DNA of 64,000 bases from assembly GCF_902713615.1 (NCBI RefSeq), contig NC_052149.1:212329623-212393622 (forward strand). Reading direction: 5' to 3'. The position numbers and the translations under genes are program-made. The first letter of the stretch is position 1. Every line of letters begins with the position of its first letter. Of this stretch, positions 36,733 through 50,746 are shown piece by piece. The notes below the pieces were generated by a model. It was not told the origin of the DNA, did not search any database, and saw only the letters and a program-made list of their open reading frames with translations. This DNA comes from Scyliorhinus canicula. Taxonomy: Eukaryota.

Positions 36733-37802
36733 CGTTTTTAAAAAAATATATATTTTTATTCTCCTTTTTCACATTTTCTCCAAAATTTACACCAAACAAC
36801 AATCAATAACGAATGCAATGTCAGTCCCATATCAATAACAACAATCCCATCCTCCCACTAAACCTCCAAACTTTAGCCCGCATGTTAACATAAACACCAT
36901 TAACACATACAGTCCCAACCCCCACCCCCCTAATGTTCGATGTAATCCAATTCTTGAAAGTGCATAATGAATAACGCCCATGAGTTGTAGAACCCCTCAA
37001 TTCAAAATTGACCTTCTCAGGAGTCAGGAATTCCAGCAGGTCCCCCCACCATGCCACTCACATGCACCACTTTAGAGATTACCCTAAAAACCTCCTTCCA
37101 GTAATCCTCCAGTTTTGGACAGGATCAAAACATATGATGTGGTTTGCGGGCCTCCCCCCGCAACGTTCACACAATCTTCTACCCCCTCAAAGAGCCCGCT
37201 CATCCTCACCCTTGTAAAAGGTGTCCTCTATATACCACCTTCAACTGTATCAGCCCCAATCTCACACACGAGGTGAAGGCGTTCACCCTCCGGAACACCT
37301 CACATCAGAGCCCCTCCTCCATACTCCCTGCCAACTCTTCCTCCCACTTTACCTTGATCCCTTCCAGCGGCGCGTTCTCTTCCAAAATAGCCCCGTAAAC
37401 CACCGATACTACCCCGTCTCCAGTTCACCTGTCGTCAGCACCTCCTCCAGCAATGTGGAAACCAGCTCTACTAGGAAGCTCTGTATCTCCTTTCTGGCAA
37501 AGTCTCCAACCTGCATGTATCTAAATATTTCCCCCTGCTACAGCCCATACTTCACTACCAGCTCCTTCAATCCTGCAAACCGACCCACAAGAAACAAATC
37601 TTTTAGTGTCTTAATTCCTTTCTCCTCCCATCTTCGAAAATTTCCATCCCACTTCCCTGGCTCAAATCTATGGTTCCCCCGAATTGGCATTTCCCTTGTC
37701 CCTGCCCCCAACCCAAAGTGCTGGCGAAACTGCCTCCAAATTCTCAACGAAGCTATTACTACCGAACTCACTGATTATCTCCCCTGGGCTGTCGGGAGCG
37801 GC
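36733..37802 (-). mobile_element. 5'-truncated Tx1/L1-clade LINE in UQCRQ intron 2
   Basis: ORF2 C-terminal peptides (SLRIWRQFRQHF..PIRGNHRF), A-rich tail, 11-bp TSD CAGGTAAACAT (36722-36732 / 37803-37813). Confidence 0.8.
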
Positions 37803-38237
37803 CAGGTAAACATAGTTCACTTGTACTTACTTAACACCTACATCCATTCAGTAACTAAGGAAGTTAAGCATGTAAAGAAACTACTCCCACTCTGCTATCC
37901 ACCTTTCCCATTTCCTCAACAAAGGCACACAGAATCTTAATGTACCAGTGCATATGCCATGTGGATATGGGTATTGCGATCACAACTCCATTTAATATAG
38001 GAATCTGGTACATTGCTTGATTTAGGCAAGGTTACACTGCAATCATTGATTGTTGTGGTTTAAGGACTGAATGTTGCATTGGATTAGAATAATCTTTCAT
38101 TTTTAGGATTACCCCAAATAGAGCAGATAAAGTTTAACCTTGTATGCTGGACCTGAACTGTTTGCTGGAGTGGATTTGTCAGTATGATTGAAAATAACTA
38201 TTATTGTAGGTTGAACTGTTGCATTTTCCCTTTCCAG

Positions 38238-38332
38238 CATTTGTGTTCGCGTACCTCATTTATACCTGGGCCAACCATGAACACGAATTGTCACTGAGGA
38301 AGAACCCGGCTGACTATGCGAACGATAAATGA
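38238..38332 (+). CDS. UQCRQ: UQCRQ last coding exon (82 aa in total)
   Basis: Acceptor TTTTCCCTTTCCAG|, (P)[36 protein letters not shown] at 38429-38434. Confidence 0.96.
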
Positions 38333-39070
38333 ATGATGCTATATGGAGGGTATAAGTTCTGATGATGTACCAAGGGTATTCCTGATCAACTGTTCGCTTT
38401 CTCTGAAAACACTGTCTCTGTGTTTAAAAATAAAGTATTTATAGTATACAACCTACTGTGCAGTCTCTTCACTAAATGTAACAATTCTATATCTAGTAGT
38501 AAAGAATTGTGAGATGAATATTTTTTGTCAAATTGTGAGCAAGAAATTAAACTGCACACCCACATCTGCTCATGTTAACGCTTTGAAGTCCAAAGACGTG
38601 ACTGACGTGTCAGCTGGTTGCCTGTCCTCTCACTTGGGTCCATTTGAACCACAGGTTGCAGGGTTTAAAAAAAAAAGCTCCTGCACTAGTTTAGGTAAAA
38701 CTGGATTTTATATATATTATATATATATATATTTTTTTTTTTTTAAACAGTTTTTTTTAAAAACTGCTTGAAAAGCAGTCCCATCTCTGCTGGAATAGAA
38801 TATACAATCTCCCTGGGTCTCTGTGGGTTTCCTCTGAGTGCTCCGGTTTCCTCCAACAAGTCCTGAAAGGACGTGCTTGTTAGGTGAATTGGGCATTCTC
38901 AATTGTCCCTCGGTGTACCCGAACAGGTGCAGAAGTGTGGCGACTTGGGGATTTCCACAGTAACTTCTTTGCAGTGTTAAAGTAAGCCGACATGTGACAC
39001 TATTATTATTATTCCAGATCTGAGAAACTCAGTTTGTTCTACACCCAGTCTTATCCTTCAAATAAGCATT

Positions 39071-41460
39071 GGGCAGGATTCTCCATAGGACACACCAAAA
39101 TCAGGAAAAATAATTGGGCAGAGAATCGGTTGTGAAGCCAAAATCCCCTCCAACTGGTTGGCACCACTGGTGGGTAGCATGCGACCCACACAATGCCCTT
39201 AGTAGATCTGCACGAGAGTTCCAGATGAGGGCCATGGAGTGTACTGCTGGCATATGTAGCACCAGTCTCTGTTACTCCTGGTAGCAGGGATGGGCGTCAG
39301 GCACCAACAGGGCCAGGGGTAAGGTGGCCAGAATGCCAGGGTAATAGCCAGGTGGTATGGTGACGTGGGGGCTGCAGTGCAGGCAGGGGCCACCGTGTTG
39401 CCCAGTGAACCTGATTGCTCACGGGGTTACCCACCGTGCTAACATATCTCATTTCACCCCCTGCGGACAATGGACTTTGGAATTCAACAATAACGGTGGC
39501 CTTCATCCTAGTCGCCACAGCCCTGGGGGATGCACTGAAGCTGTTGGAGGATGCTGCAGCAGTGGCGCCTGCCCCAGAGGAACAGGAGGCAGCCGGCGAG
39601 GATGGGAACCGGACATCCAACAGGCCTTGGAGGAGGTGCAAAGGAGGCACCTCGAGTCCTCGGCTGTACCAGCAGCGCCTGTCGTTCAAAGACCTGCTGG
39701 ACCTGGCATGCTGTTGAAAGTACGGCTGAGCAGAGGGACAGTGCAATATCATGATGCATCTGGCACTGCGGGTGAATGGGGGAGGACACCTGCTCCCGGT
39801 GGCCGTCAAGGTGATGGTCACCGTGAACTTTCATGCAACGGGCTCCTTCCAGGCTCTGGAATTTCACAGAGCTCGGTGCATCTGCGGTGTAACTGAGGCC
39901 CTATAAGCCTGGTCGCCACAATATATCAAATTTAACGTGGACTGAGCCCACCAGGATGCCTGGGCAGCGGGGTTAGCCGTCATAGACTAGATGTCCCAGG
40001 TCCAGGGGGTGATCGATGGAGTGGATGTCACCCTATGAGCACCAGCACCTGGCAGGTTAGTCTGCACAAACCGAAAGGGGTTCAACTTGATGAACGTATA
40101 GCTGGTGTGTGAACATGAGCTGCGCCCGATACACAGGCAGTGTGCACAACATGTTCATCCTGGCACACTCAATGGTTCCTAACCTCTTCGAGGTGCCCTC
40201 CCCCTTCCCGGCTGAGGGTGTTGGCTCCTGATTTATTTTAAATTTAGAGTGCCCAATAATTTTTTTCCAATTAAGGGGCAATTCAATGTGGCCAATCCAC
40301 CTATCCCACACAGCTTTGAGTTATGGGGGTGAAACCCACACAGACACAGGGAGAATGTGCAAACTCCACGCAGACAGTGACCCGGGGCCAGGATTGAATC
40401 CGGGTCCTCAGCGCAGTGCTGCAGCAGTCCCAACCACTGTGCCGCCCCACGGGTTGGCTCTTGGGTGACGAGTTATCCGTTGTGGCCGTGGCTGATGACG
40501 CCTATCCGGAGGCCATTGGCAAAAGCAGAGACCCGCTACAATGACGCCCATGCAGTGACCAGGGACGTGATTGAGCAGTACTTCAGCACCCTCAGGATGC
40601 AGGTCAGGTGCCTGGACTGCTCTGGAGGGGCCTCCACTATAGAACTAGGAGGGTCTCCAACATCGTGATGGCCTTCTGCGTCCTCCACAACATCACACTG
40701 AGGAGGGGCGATGTGCTGGAGGACGGAGATGAACGCCAGTCCTCGTTTGATGAGGATGAAAGCAAGGGCGAGGATGGGGTGGGACATGTGGCCTGGTCTG
40801 GCACAGAGGCCGCAAAACTTGTGCACCAGGGCCAACACGCGTGGGACAATCTAATCACCTCCAGATTCACCGACAGTGGTGGCTGGCCAGTGACACAGAC
40901 ATTCCATCCCACCCTCCCTGCGCACCCCCCACCCCTCCTTGCAACCCCCTCGATGATACCTACCTGCCTCACTATGGGGTGCGGGCCCTGTATTGGCAGT
41001 AACAACAGTTCTGGTCCATGGGATGGAGGATGATGACAGCCTGCTCTGGGGTGAGCTCTGGTGCTCTGCATCATTCAACAATGTCTGACTCCTGCCTGCG
41101 GTAGCACTTTCCACCGTTCATCTGGGTGTTCCCTACATGTGAGGTAGGTTGTAATGTGCACAAAGGTGTTTAATGTGAACAAATATATACAGCGTTGTGC
41201 CCTAGCCCCTAATGCTGTACTGTGCTTGCACCCATACCAACTTAACTAGTGCCTACTTTTCTGGCCTTAGGGCCCGAGGTGAATCCCTGGACTGCACACC
41301 AGGAGTGGAGGCAGCCTGCTGCAATACCCATGCTGTGACCTTGGTATCCTTTGGTGGCCGTTGTCTGGTGTGACCAGGCCTGGTGAGACTGGGCCATGTT
41401 CGGGAGCGCCACTGCAATGTCCAGGTGGCCCTAGCACATGGCTGCCGCAGTGACCCAGGT
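39071..41460 (+). mobile_element. PIF/Harbinger DNA transposon relic (HARBI1-like DDE transposase)
   Basis: Left TIR GGGCAGGATTCTCC. Peptides VNFHATGSF, GVIDG, NRKGF, YPLWPWLMTP and RYNDAHAVTRDVIEQ..LRMQVRCLD. Frameshifted, with a SINE inserted at ~40230-40450. Confidence 0.8.
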
Positions 41461-43279
41461 CTTGGACATCTTGACCCATGGTCAAATAACACACATTGAT
41501 TGTGTGTTATACCTCAGTTGAACAGATTTCAGAATGTGATGGCAGCTCTTTAATTATTGCACCGTTTCTCATGATGGCTTATGTGTGATGCTTTGTTTAG
41601 GAATTCTGGTCTGCAGTTGTCTTCTAATGCACAAGTTCTGAGTGAGTCGCAGTGTCTGTTCTTCCTGACCAATTCTGGAAAAAGACTTAATGGTTGGATG
41701 GCTTGTGCAATTTGGGTTAAATAGTTAATCCAGGCCTTTTGAATTTTAAAGCATCAACATGTGTCCTTGACAGAATTTGTCAACAGTGGAATTAATAATA
41801 CGGCCTCAAATTGACTTTACTAGGTAAATGCACCAAATAGTTATCAGATTAGGGAGGTCTACATTAAATAATAATGATTTAATAATCTCGGCTCTATCGT
41901 TGTGGGCAGAAGCAAAGTGTTTTCTCATACAGAGACAAAACTTGCCTGTTATTATCTTGCACTAATTAGAAGGAAGACCCAATTAAGAATAAGGCACTTC
42001 ATGAAGCCAACAATGCGAATGGATGAAGAATGGCAGCATATAGTTAAGTGATAACAGCTGCTGGTTGACTTGAGAGACATGAAGAATTGAAAGGATTAAG
42101 ATTTATGAATCTCCCTTTCAATGGCGTGGAGAGGATAAAGATGTAATGATTCAGCTGTTGCACATCAAGAATGGAATTTGCACCTTCAGACTCCTAACTG
42201 TATGATATAGGATTAATGAACGTCAGCAAGCAGACTACGTGCACATTCTCTTGGCTGGAGTTTGGCAAGTGGAAGAGGGATCTTAAAAAAGGAAAATAAT
42301 GGGCAGCACGGTGGCCTAGTGGTTAGCACAACCGCATCACGGCGCTGAGGTCCCAGGTTCGATCCCGGCTCTGGGTCACTGTCCGTGTGGAGTTTTCACA
42401 TACTCCCCGTGTCTGCGTGGGTTTCGCCCCCACAACCCAAAAAAATGTGCAGAGTAGGTGGATTGGCCATGCTAAATTGCCCCTTAATAGAAAAAATAAT
42501 TGGGTAATCTAAATTTATAAAAAAAAGGAAAATAAAGTAAACAAAGTGGCGAATTGATAGAAACTGGAACTGATAATACACAATAATGGAAAATGAAGGC
42601 AGAGTGTATAATAAAAGAATATTAAACGGATCGAACAAAACAAATGTGTGGTGTGATATAATCAAAGGTCTTTCCAGTGGCTGCTGGAGAACAAAGGTCC
42701 TCAAGTGATGTCTCTGAATAAGGTTTAGTGTGATTAATATAAAATAATAAACAGATAATCGGGCAAAGGGTAACAAGATATTAAAGTTCACCACTCAAAC
42801 ATTGGTTACACTATGTGGCAACATAGAAATTATGATGGTGAGATACACATGGGAGCTCCAGCAAGATGTGATAGGGAGGGCTGGTTCTCACCTGTTGCTG
42901 CTGACAGAGTAAGTACCATACATCTGAAAAAGGTAATTGCATACAGGATGCTGGACAAGTAAATATGGCCAAAAGCCAACCATAGATCACTTTAGATTCA
43001 GGGTTGGTGTGATTAGATTTAAGGTTAGGGTTAGAATCATGGATTAGGGGGCGACATGGTGATGCAGTGGTTAGCACTGCTGCCTCACAGCGCTGACGAC
43101 CTGAGTTTGATCCCGGCCCCAGGTCACTGTCCGTGTGGAGTTTGCATATTCTCCCCGTGTCTGCGTAGGTCTCACCCCCCCCAACCCAAAGATGTGCAGG
43201 GTAGGTGGATTGACCATGCTAAATTGCCCCTTAATTGAAAAAAAAAGAATTGGGTACTCTAAATTATTTTTAAAAAGAA

Positions 43280-43582
43280 TAATCTCCCGCGGATGGAGGT
43301 GGCTAGCACGAGGGAACATAGCCTTAAATTGAGGGGTAATAGATATAGGACAGAGGTCAGAGGTGGGTTTTTTACGCAAAGAGTGGTGAGGCCGTGGAAT
43401 GCCCTACCTGCAACAGTAGTGAACTCGCCAACATTGAGGGCATTTAAAAGTTTATTGGATAAGCATATGGATGATAAGGGCATAGTGTAGGTTAGATGGC
43501 CTTTAGTTTTTTTTCCATGTCGGTGCAACATCGTGGGCTGAAGGGCCTGTACTGCGCTGTATCGTTCTCTGTTCTATGTTCT
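43280..43582 (+). mobile_element. CR1/HER1 LINE 3' end
   Basis: TREHSLKL..FFTQRVVRPWNALP..FKSLLDKHM, followed by the tail GGGCCTGTACTGCGCTG..(TTCTATG). Confidence 0.85.
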
Positions 43583-43855
43583 AATAATAAAAAATAAATA
43601 TTTATTTTAAAAGAGAATGACAGATTAGCATTAAATTTGACATTAGTCCAAGTCCAAGTCCAAGTGGGCTAGACAGCTGGTTTATAATACAGAACAAGGC
43701 CAGCAGCGTGGGTTCAATTTCCATACTGGCTGAGAATTCTGAATTCTCTCTCTGTGTACCCAAACAGGCGCGTGCAATGTGGCGACTAGGGGCTTTTCAC
43801 AATAACTTCATACTTGTGACCATAAAAGATTATTATTATTATTACTATTATAAAT

Positions 43856-44766
43856 TGTTATGATCCTAGTAGAGACCAATGACTTTTACAGAGAGATGAA
43901 TTTCCCAGTGACCAAAGGAAAGAACTGAAGGGCAGGATTCCATGTATTTAGACTTTTACTGTAATAAACTAAAATTAACATAGCACAACTTTATTTTACA
44001 GGCAACCAATACATCAAACTAAAGCAAAAGTACTTTCACATTAATTAACTAACCACCAAATTATATCTTACAAAACTCTTTCCCTGTGTGGAGCGTTCTG
44101 GCAGATATGTAGCAATACAGGAACAGTCACATAGCTCCACTCTGCCGGAGTTTTCCCACGTATGATCAGCAGCAAAGCACACATTGGTGACACCCTTTTC
44201 CTTAAATCTTCAAGAGGTTTGTTTCTTTTGAACAGAAATGGAACGCTTACCAGCATTCTCCTTGGTTGTTAACACAAAAAAGTTCACTCTGCTTTCCCAC
44301 AGCGATTCTTCGACTTAGAACATCAGCTGTACCTTTTCTATGAAATATCATTTAAAAAGTGTTAAAACTGCAACTACCAGGGCAGCACAGTGGCCTAGTG
44401 GTTAGCACAACCGCCTCACGGCGCTGAGGTCCCAGGTTCAATCCCGGCTCTGGGTCACTGTCCGTGTGTAGTTTGCACATTCTCCCTGTGTCTGCGTGGG
44501 TTTCGCCCCCACAACCCAAAAATGTGCAGAGTAGGTGGATTGGCCACGCTAAATTGCCCCTTAATTGGAAAAAATAATTGGGTAATCTAAATTTTTTTTT
44601 TAAAAACTGCAACTACCCCTCAATTAGATTAGTTTGCTTTCTCTCCCTGTGGCAATTGGATCAAATGGGCATGTCTCCAAGCTCAGGAGTTTATCCAGAA
44701 TTCTCTGCTTTAATTTGAGCTTGTGGTACGTTTAAAACATTCTTGTAACATTCAACGTTCATGACA
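43856..44766 (-). mobile_element. Possible solo LTR with an inserted SINE
   Basis: TGTTATGA...TCATGACA ends and minus-strand AATAAA. No clear TSD. Confidence 0.35.
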
Positions 44767-45599
44767 TGTTAGATTCAGGATTAAGGTTAGATTTTAGGTT
44801 AGGGTGATTTTATTTGACAAAATATATTTTATTGAAGTATTTATTTTGTGAGAAGAGATTCTTCTATACTGGGATACATTTTCTAAAGGGCAGGTTGTTC
44901 ACTGGAAGGTTACACTGCGTGACCATGCTGTTGATGCTTGTACATGGCATGATGGAGTTGAATGAACAGACCATAGTCATAGAATCACTACAGTACAGAA
45001 GGAGGCTATTTGATCCATTAAGTCTGCCCATGCAGACATGGGGAGAACGTGCAGACTCCGCACAGTAACCCAAGTTTGGAATTGAACCTGGGTGCCTGGT
45101 GCTGAGGCAGCTGTGCTAACCACTGTGCCACCGTGCTGCGTTCTTGAGTCTGATTTGTAAGAAACTGCATAATAAGGAAGCTTTTGATTGAGCAAGAAGA
45201 TATGTATCCATTTAATTTGATAACTTCATACGTGTTCCAAATATCTGCATTATGTGCAATGGTGGTTGTAACTGGTCAGAAATGAATATGATTAACAGCA
45301 ATATTGAGGATTTCCCAGTTAAATAATGATTGGACGGTTTACCGAAACTGATTGCATTTCATTAATTCTGTTCAAATGCATTGAGCAAAAATAATAGAAT
45401 GTCAGAATAAAATGGTTGTTTGTCTGATTTAAGGTACTGTAACAAGAAACTTAATACGTGTTGAAATATATCCTTGAAATATATCCCCCTTCATGTTAAA
45501 AATTTGATAGACTGGGATTGTTTTGCTTGACACCAAGGAGACGGAGGGGTGACATGATTGAGATGTATAAAATTATGGGGGGCATAGATAGAGTAGATA

Positions 45600-46680
45600 G
45601 GAAGAAGCTTTTCCCCTTTGGGTGGTGCCACCGTCCGCCAGCCGAGCAGGATTCTCCGGCGGGCAATCAGGGAGGCAAAGGCAAGGGCGTCAGACTCCCT
45701 TCCAATAAAGAGTTCTGAAACCCCAAATACCACTACGTTTGGGCTGCACCGTCACTCCACAACCCTAGACATAGCCTCAAAGAAGGTCATCCAGAACCCA
45801 ACAGTCTGGGACAGGCCTAGAACATGTGGGTGTGGTTGGCCAGGCATCCCTGGCACCATTCGCATTTGTCCTCCACCTCTGGAAAGAACCTGCTCATTCA
45901 AGTTCTGGTTAGGTGCGCTCTGTGCACCAACTTCAGCTGAATTAGGCTCAGACCTGTGCATGTGTTGGTGGAGTTGGACCTGTGCAGTGCTTCAATCCAG
46001 AGTCCTTCCCCTACTTCTATGCCTAGTTCTTCCTCCCATTTTTCCCTTGTCTCGTCCATGGGGGGAGTGTACCTCCTCCAACAGTCGTCCGTACAGGCCC
46101 TTCCCTGGGTCACCCGCATCCAGCAGTTCCTCGATTGGCGAATTTCCTGGTATCTGGGGGTACGTCTTCGTTACCTTACAGAGGATGTTTTGACCTACAT
46201 GTCACTTAGTTTCCTTTTGGTAGTTGGAACCTCTCCGTGCGATCCTCCAGGGCTGCTACTCCATCATCTGTTTATATGTCCCTGACCGTCAGTGTCTCAT
46301 CGTCATGTCTCCATTGTTTGAAGGTTGCCCATTATTGCGGGTGCAAACCTGTGGTCGTTGCAGATGGGGGCCATAATGGACATTTCGGTTAGGCCGAAGT
46401 GCTGTCTCATCTAGTACCACATTCGGAACATGGCTACTATCATTGGGCTTCTCGAGTACTTGTTCGTGGGGCTGAGAGTGCGGGTGTGACTAGGGATGTC
46501 CCTGTGCAGGAACTCTTCTCCATCTTCATCCATTCTGCTCCCGGGTTCCTTCACTCACCCCCTCACGTTTTCTGCTGTGGCCGCCCAGTGGTAAAACTGT
46601 AGGCTTGGGAGGACCAGGCCTCCCATGTTTCTTTTCCCTTGTAGGAACTTTTTTTCTTTTTTTTGGATCCTCGCAACCCC
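45600..46680 (-). mobile_element. Tx1/L1-clade LINE ORF2 fragment
   Basis: KWEEELG..LSLIQLKLVHRAH and LAFASLIARRRILLGW. Homologous to 62936-63598. Confidence 0.75.
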
Positions 46681-46862
46681 CCCTCCCCCCTCCCCCCTCC
46701 CCAACCTCTTACTGCCTTTGCTGTGTCTTCAGCCCCTAAAGGCTGCTACTTGGCATATCTCCTTCGCCGTGATGGTGTTGGAGGAGAGTGAGACGATTTT
46801 CCCCGAATTTCGAGGGCGACTTTGGATTAAAGGTGCCTAAATTCAGTTTCCAGGAGGAGAGC

Positions 46863-47480
46863 TGTAATGACTTAGGCCAGGACTTTGAGATTGGCCAATT
46901 AGAATACAAGTTCCCTGATTAGTGGCCCAGTCAGGGAACCCCTTTCTGTGTATATAACAGTGAGTGGCAGATCCTCTGCACTCCCGGTTTAGACAGCAGA
47001 CTGAATGGTCGTGGTTGTTCAGCTGTTTTAAATAAAAGGAATTCTGGTGACGGGGCTTCTACCTCCGTGACTTATTACAGTGGCGACGAGGAAAACGGAA
47101 CGACCCGAAGAAACCTGCTCATCAGCAGCTGCCGCATATTGAAGGTCAGCCACTGACAGGCAAATGCCTTTATTGGGAAAGTTGGACTCTGTTGACCCTG
47201 CAGTGGGAGACTGGGCCCGATATGTAGAGCGGATGAAGTATTTCTTTAGAGCAAATAATATAATTCCAGAAGAAAAGCAATGGGTCATTCTGCTGACCAC
47301 GTGTGGGCCAGCAGCCTTTGCCATTATGCGCAGTCTCACTTTTCCGGAGGCACCGGATACGAAAACTTTCCAGGAATTGCTGGACTTAGTAAAAGAGTAC
47401 TATGACCCTGAGCCACCTCTGATCCTGTAAAGGTACCGGTTTTACGCAGCATTCCAAGACACTGGGGAGTCAGTGAAGGT
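46863..47480 (+). mobile_element. Mag-clade gypsy 5' end: 217-bp LTR (46863-47079), tRNA-Ser PBS and truncated gag
   Basis: TGTAAT...ATTACA termini with TATA and AATAAA, PBS TGGCGACGAGGA (47081-47092), gag MPLLGKLDSVDP..DWARYVERMKYFFRAN..LLTTCGP. Confidence 0.85.
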
Positions 47481-47489
47481 GGAGGTGAG

Positions 47490-49630
47490 CCTAGTATTGT
47501 GTTGCAGGGCTAACTTTGTTCAGGAGGAGAAGCCTCCTGCTGGTACAAGAACGGGTGAGTAAATGGCCAACCTGCTCATCTTGAGGAAATGTGAGAGCTC
47601 GGGTGCGAGTGCGCACGATAGTCACATTGCCGAGACGCAGGCATCTCGGAAGGTGGTGAGAACCCAGTGGACAGATGAGGAACAGGCAGAGACTGGAAAC
47701 AATGTAGGGTCCTCCCAACTCAGAAGATGAGTTCCAAGCAAGCATCCGCAATGACCCAGGCAATGATGATGCCACCGTGACATGTTGTCCGTAGTCTCAC
47801 CAGGCCGCCAAGCATGAGCATACAATGTATAATGACTGATCCTACTGACATTGCTGAGACCAACGGGTCATTCTGCGAGACGCTTGTTCATCAATGGTGC
47901 TATCGGAGGTTCAGAAGTGTCCCCTGATGGCAGAGAGGTGCCTGTCATCTCTGTGGGCGCCACCCATGGTGCTCTGGATGAGGATGACAACTCTACCACC
48001 CCTCCACCAGTTGCTGTAGTATCTTTTAAAAAAAGTAAATTTAGAGTACCCAATTCATTTTTCCCAATCAAGGGGCAATTTTAGTACAGCAAATCCACCT
48101 ACCCTGCACATCTTTGGGTTGTGGGGGCGAAACCCATGCAAACATGGGGAGAATGTGCAAACTCCACATGGACAGTGACCCAGAGCCGGGATCGAACCTG
48201 GGATCTCAGTGCCGTGAGACAGCAGTGTTAACCACTGCGCCACCATGCTGCCCGCTGTGGCATCTTTTGCAGATGTGACAACTGAGGAGTGCCCAGCTAT
48301 ATCACTTGTTGCACACTTCCAGGCGGAGTCTACTCACGCTGCCAGCTAGAGGACGACTGCCATGGTCATCAGGGCTGACATGCCATTTATTACCGAGGTT
48401 GTGAGGTGACACTGGGGTCATGGGATTGCCTCCTCAGAAATGTGTATGAAGGAGGTAGTGCCCTTGCAATGAGATTGAAAATATGCCTTGGCAACCTGGT
48501 TGAAGGTCCCTGATGTCCCTGCCTCACTCAACGTTCCTCAAGTGTGCCTCCAGGTCCTCACCCTGTGCTTTCCTGGGCTATTCATTAGATCCATCAGTAG
48601 AATCTTCCTCTGAGATGTCTGGAACTGGCTTGTTATTCTCACCCTCCAGTGGGTCCCCCATTGCCAGCGTCAGATTATGCAGAGTGCAGCAGACAATGGC
48701 CTGCGGGCACCTGGCCTCCTCTTCCTTCTGCCCCTCTCTTCCTCTTCAGAGGAGGTCCTCCCAGCGGAGTACACAATCCCTGCCGGAATGCAGAGGGCAC
48801 TGCCTCGTGCACCCGCCAAAAATTTTCCAAGAGAGTTGACAAAAGGAAAGAATCCTCAGATCATGACATGAAACCATTGATTGACTAATCTGCCATTCCT
48901 ACCTGGTCTGGCCTACATGTGACTCCAGGTCCACAGCAAAGTGGTTGACTCTTAAATGCCTTAACCCACTCAGTTGAAGGGCAACTAAGGATGGGCAATA
49001 AATCCTAGTCAGTGGCGCCCGCATCTCATGAACGAATTTAAAAAACTCTCTTCCACCTCTGTCCTTCAGGCCGGAGTGGCATCATGGGTCATCTTTTCAA
49101 GGGATATCCTTCGTCATCCAGCAGCCAACCATCCAGCTGAGCTGGAGCCACAAACAACCTTGGCACCTGGGAGTGTTGTGCAATGTATGCATCATGGGAC
49201 CATGCACAGACTTGAAGAATCTGGGACATATGGCCGCCTACTATCTGCATGTTTATCACAGAAGCACCCAGCAGACCCGCTGCCGCCCTGATGGCCACTT
49301 GAATGCACTCTGAATGATGGGGAATTCAGCAAGAGCTGCAAAGTCTCTGGCTCGCTCAGCCTGGCAGGTTTAATCCATCCAGTAATGGGCTTGGCGCAAC
49401 TGTGGATAGCTGATTGAGATACTCCGCACAGATGCCTCATGGATTCCCTGGAAAGATCCAGATGCAAAAAACATTGAAAGCTACTGTGACCTTCACTCCA
49501 CCCACACTGTTGGGAGTGATCTCAGGCCCAATCATCTGATATAATGATGCCAGGGTGAGCTTAGAGAGGCAAAGGTTCCTGCAGCACTGGACTTCAGACA
49601 TGTTGAGGTTGTTCATTTTTGGAACATACC
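47490..49630 (-). mobile_element. Second PIF/Harbinger relic
   Basis: Minus-strand transposase peptides SHDAYI, GWLLDDEGYPLKR and LCGVSQSAIHSC at ~49050-49600. The left part is assigned by context only. Confidence 0.6.
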
Positions 49631-50199
49631 TATAGTGTGGATTAAGGACATTAGAATCATAGACTCCCTACAGTGCAGAAGGAGGCCATTCAGCCCATCA
49701 AGTCTGCATCGACCCTCTGAAAGAGCATCCCTACATAGGCCCACTCCCCTGCTCCATCCGCGTAACCCCACCTAATTTGCGCAGGGATACTAAGGGGCAA
49801 TTTAATACTGCTAAACCACCTAACCTGTACATATTTGGACTGTGGGAGTGAACCGGAGCACCCGGAGGAAATGCACGCAGACACGGGGAGAACGTGCAAA
49901 CTCCACACAGTCAACCAAGGCAGGAATTGAACCCAGGTCCCTGGCTTTGTGAGGCAGCAGTTCTAACCACTGTGCCGCCCCCATTAAGCCATTGTATGTT
50001 ATTAAAAGATGTGGAATCAGGAGTACAGTTCAGGAGAACTTGAGTACAGTTGGAACAGCAGGAAATACTCAAGTTATTGTTATCTTTTTGCTTAGTCTGC
50101 ATCTGCTAGATTGTGAATGTTACAGTTAACCTTTGCTTCATGCGCCACGCATATCACTTTTACTACGTAAAGAATGAGAGCCTATGCCAAGCGGCCGAC

Positions 50200-50206
50200 T
50201 ATAAAA
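50200..50206 (+). promoter_or_regulatory. LEAP2 TATA box
   Basis: TATAAAA about 80 nt upstream of ATG 50283. Confidence 0.6.
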
Positions 50207-50282
50207 CAAGGTGCAAAGTATTGACAATGCATTCTGTCTGTTCCATATTGCGGTGTGCACAACTACAGAGTACACTGCAAAA

Positions 50283-50348
50283 ATGCATGCCCAGCTAATA
50301 AAATCCTTTGCAATTATTTGCATAGCTTCAATTCTCTTGAGCAGCCAG
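50283..50348 (+). CDS. LEAP2: Liver-expressed antimicrobial peptide 2, exon 1 (signal peptide)
   Basis: MHAQLIKSFAIICIASILLSSQ, donor CAG|GTATGT, phase 0, TATA upstream. In frame with exon 2. Confidence 0.85.
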
Positions 50349-50398
50349 GTATGTAACATTTCAAATTACAATTTTGCAGGAGACAATAATCGCTTATT

Positions 50399-50746
50399 GG
50401 GCTGGTTTAGCACACTGGGCTAAATAGCTGGCTTTTAAAGCAGACCAAGGCAGGCCAGCAGCACGGTTCAATTCCCGTACCAGCCTCCCCAAACAGGTGC
50501 CAGAATGTGGCGACTAGGGGCTTTTCACAGTAACTTAATTGAAGCCTACTTGTGACAATAAGTGATTTTATTTTTTATAAATTTTTATTATTGTCACAAG
50601 TAGACTACAAATTAAGTTACTGTGAAAAGCCCTTAGTCACCACATTCCGGAGCCTGTTCGGGGAGGCTGGTACAGGAATTGAACCTGCGCTGTTGCCTTG
50701 TTCTGCATTACAAGCCAGCTGTTTAGCCCACTGCCAAACCAGCCCC
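50399..50746. repeat. Tail-to-tail inverted pair of tRNA-derived SINEs in LEAP2 intron 1
   Basis: 50399-~50575 (+) and ~50585-50746 (-) are reverse complements of the same family. Confidence 0.85.

Noticed and set aside
43015-43050. TTAGGG-like units, also at ~44780-44810
   Set aside because: Only 1-2 degenerate units, too few for an interstitial telomeric array.
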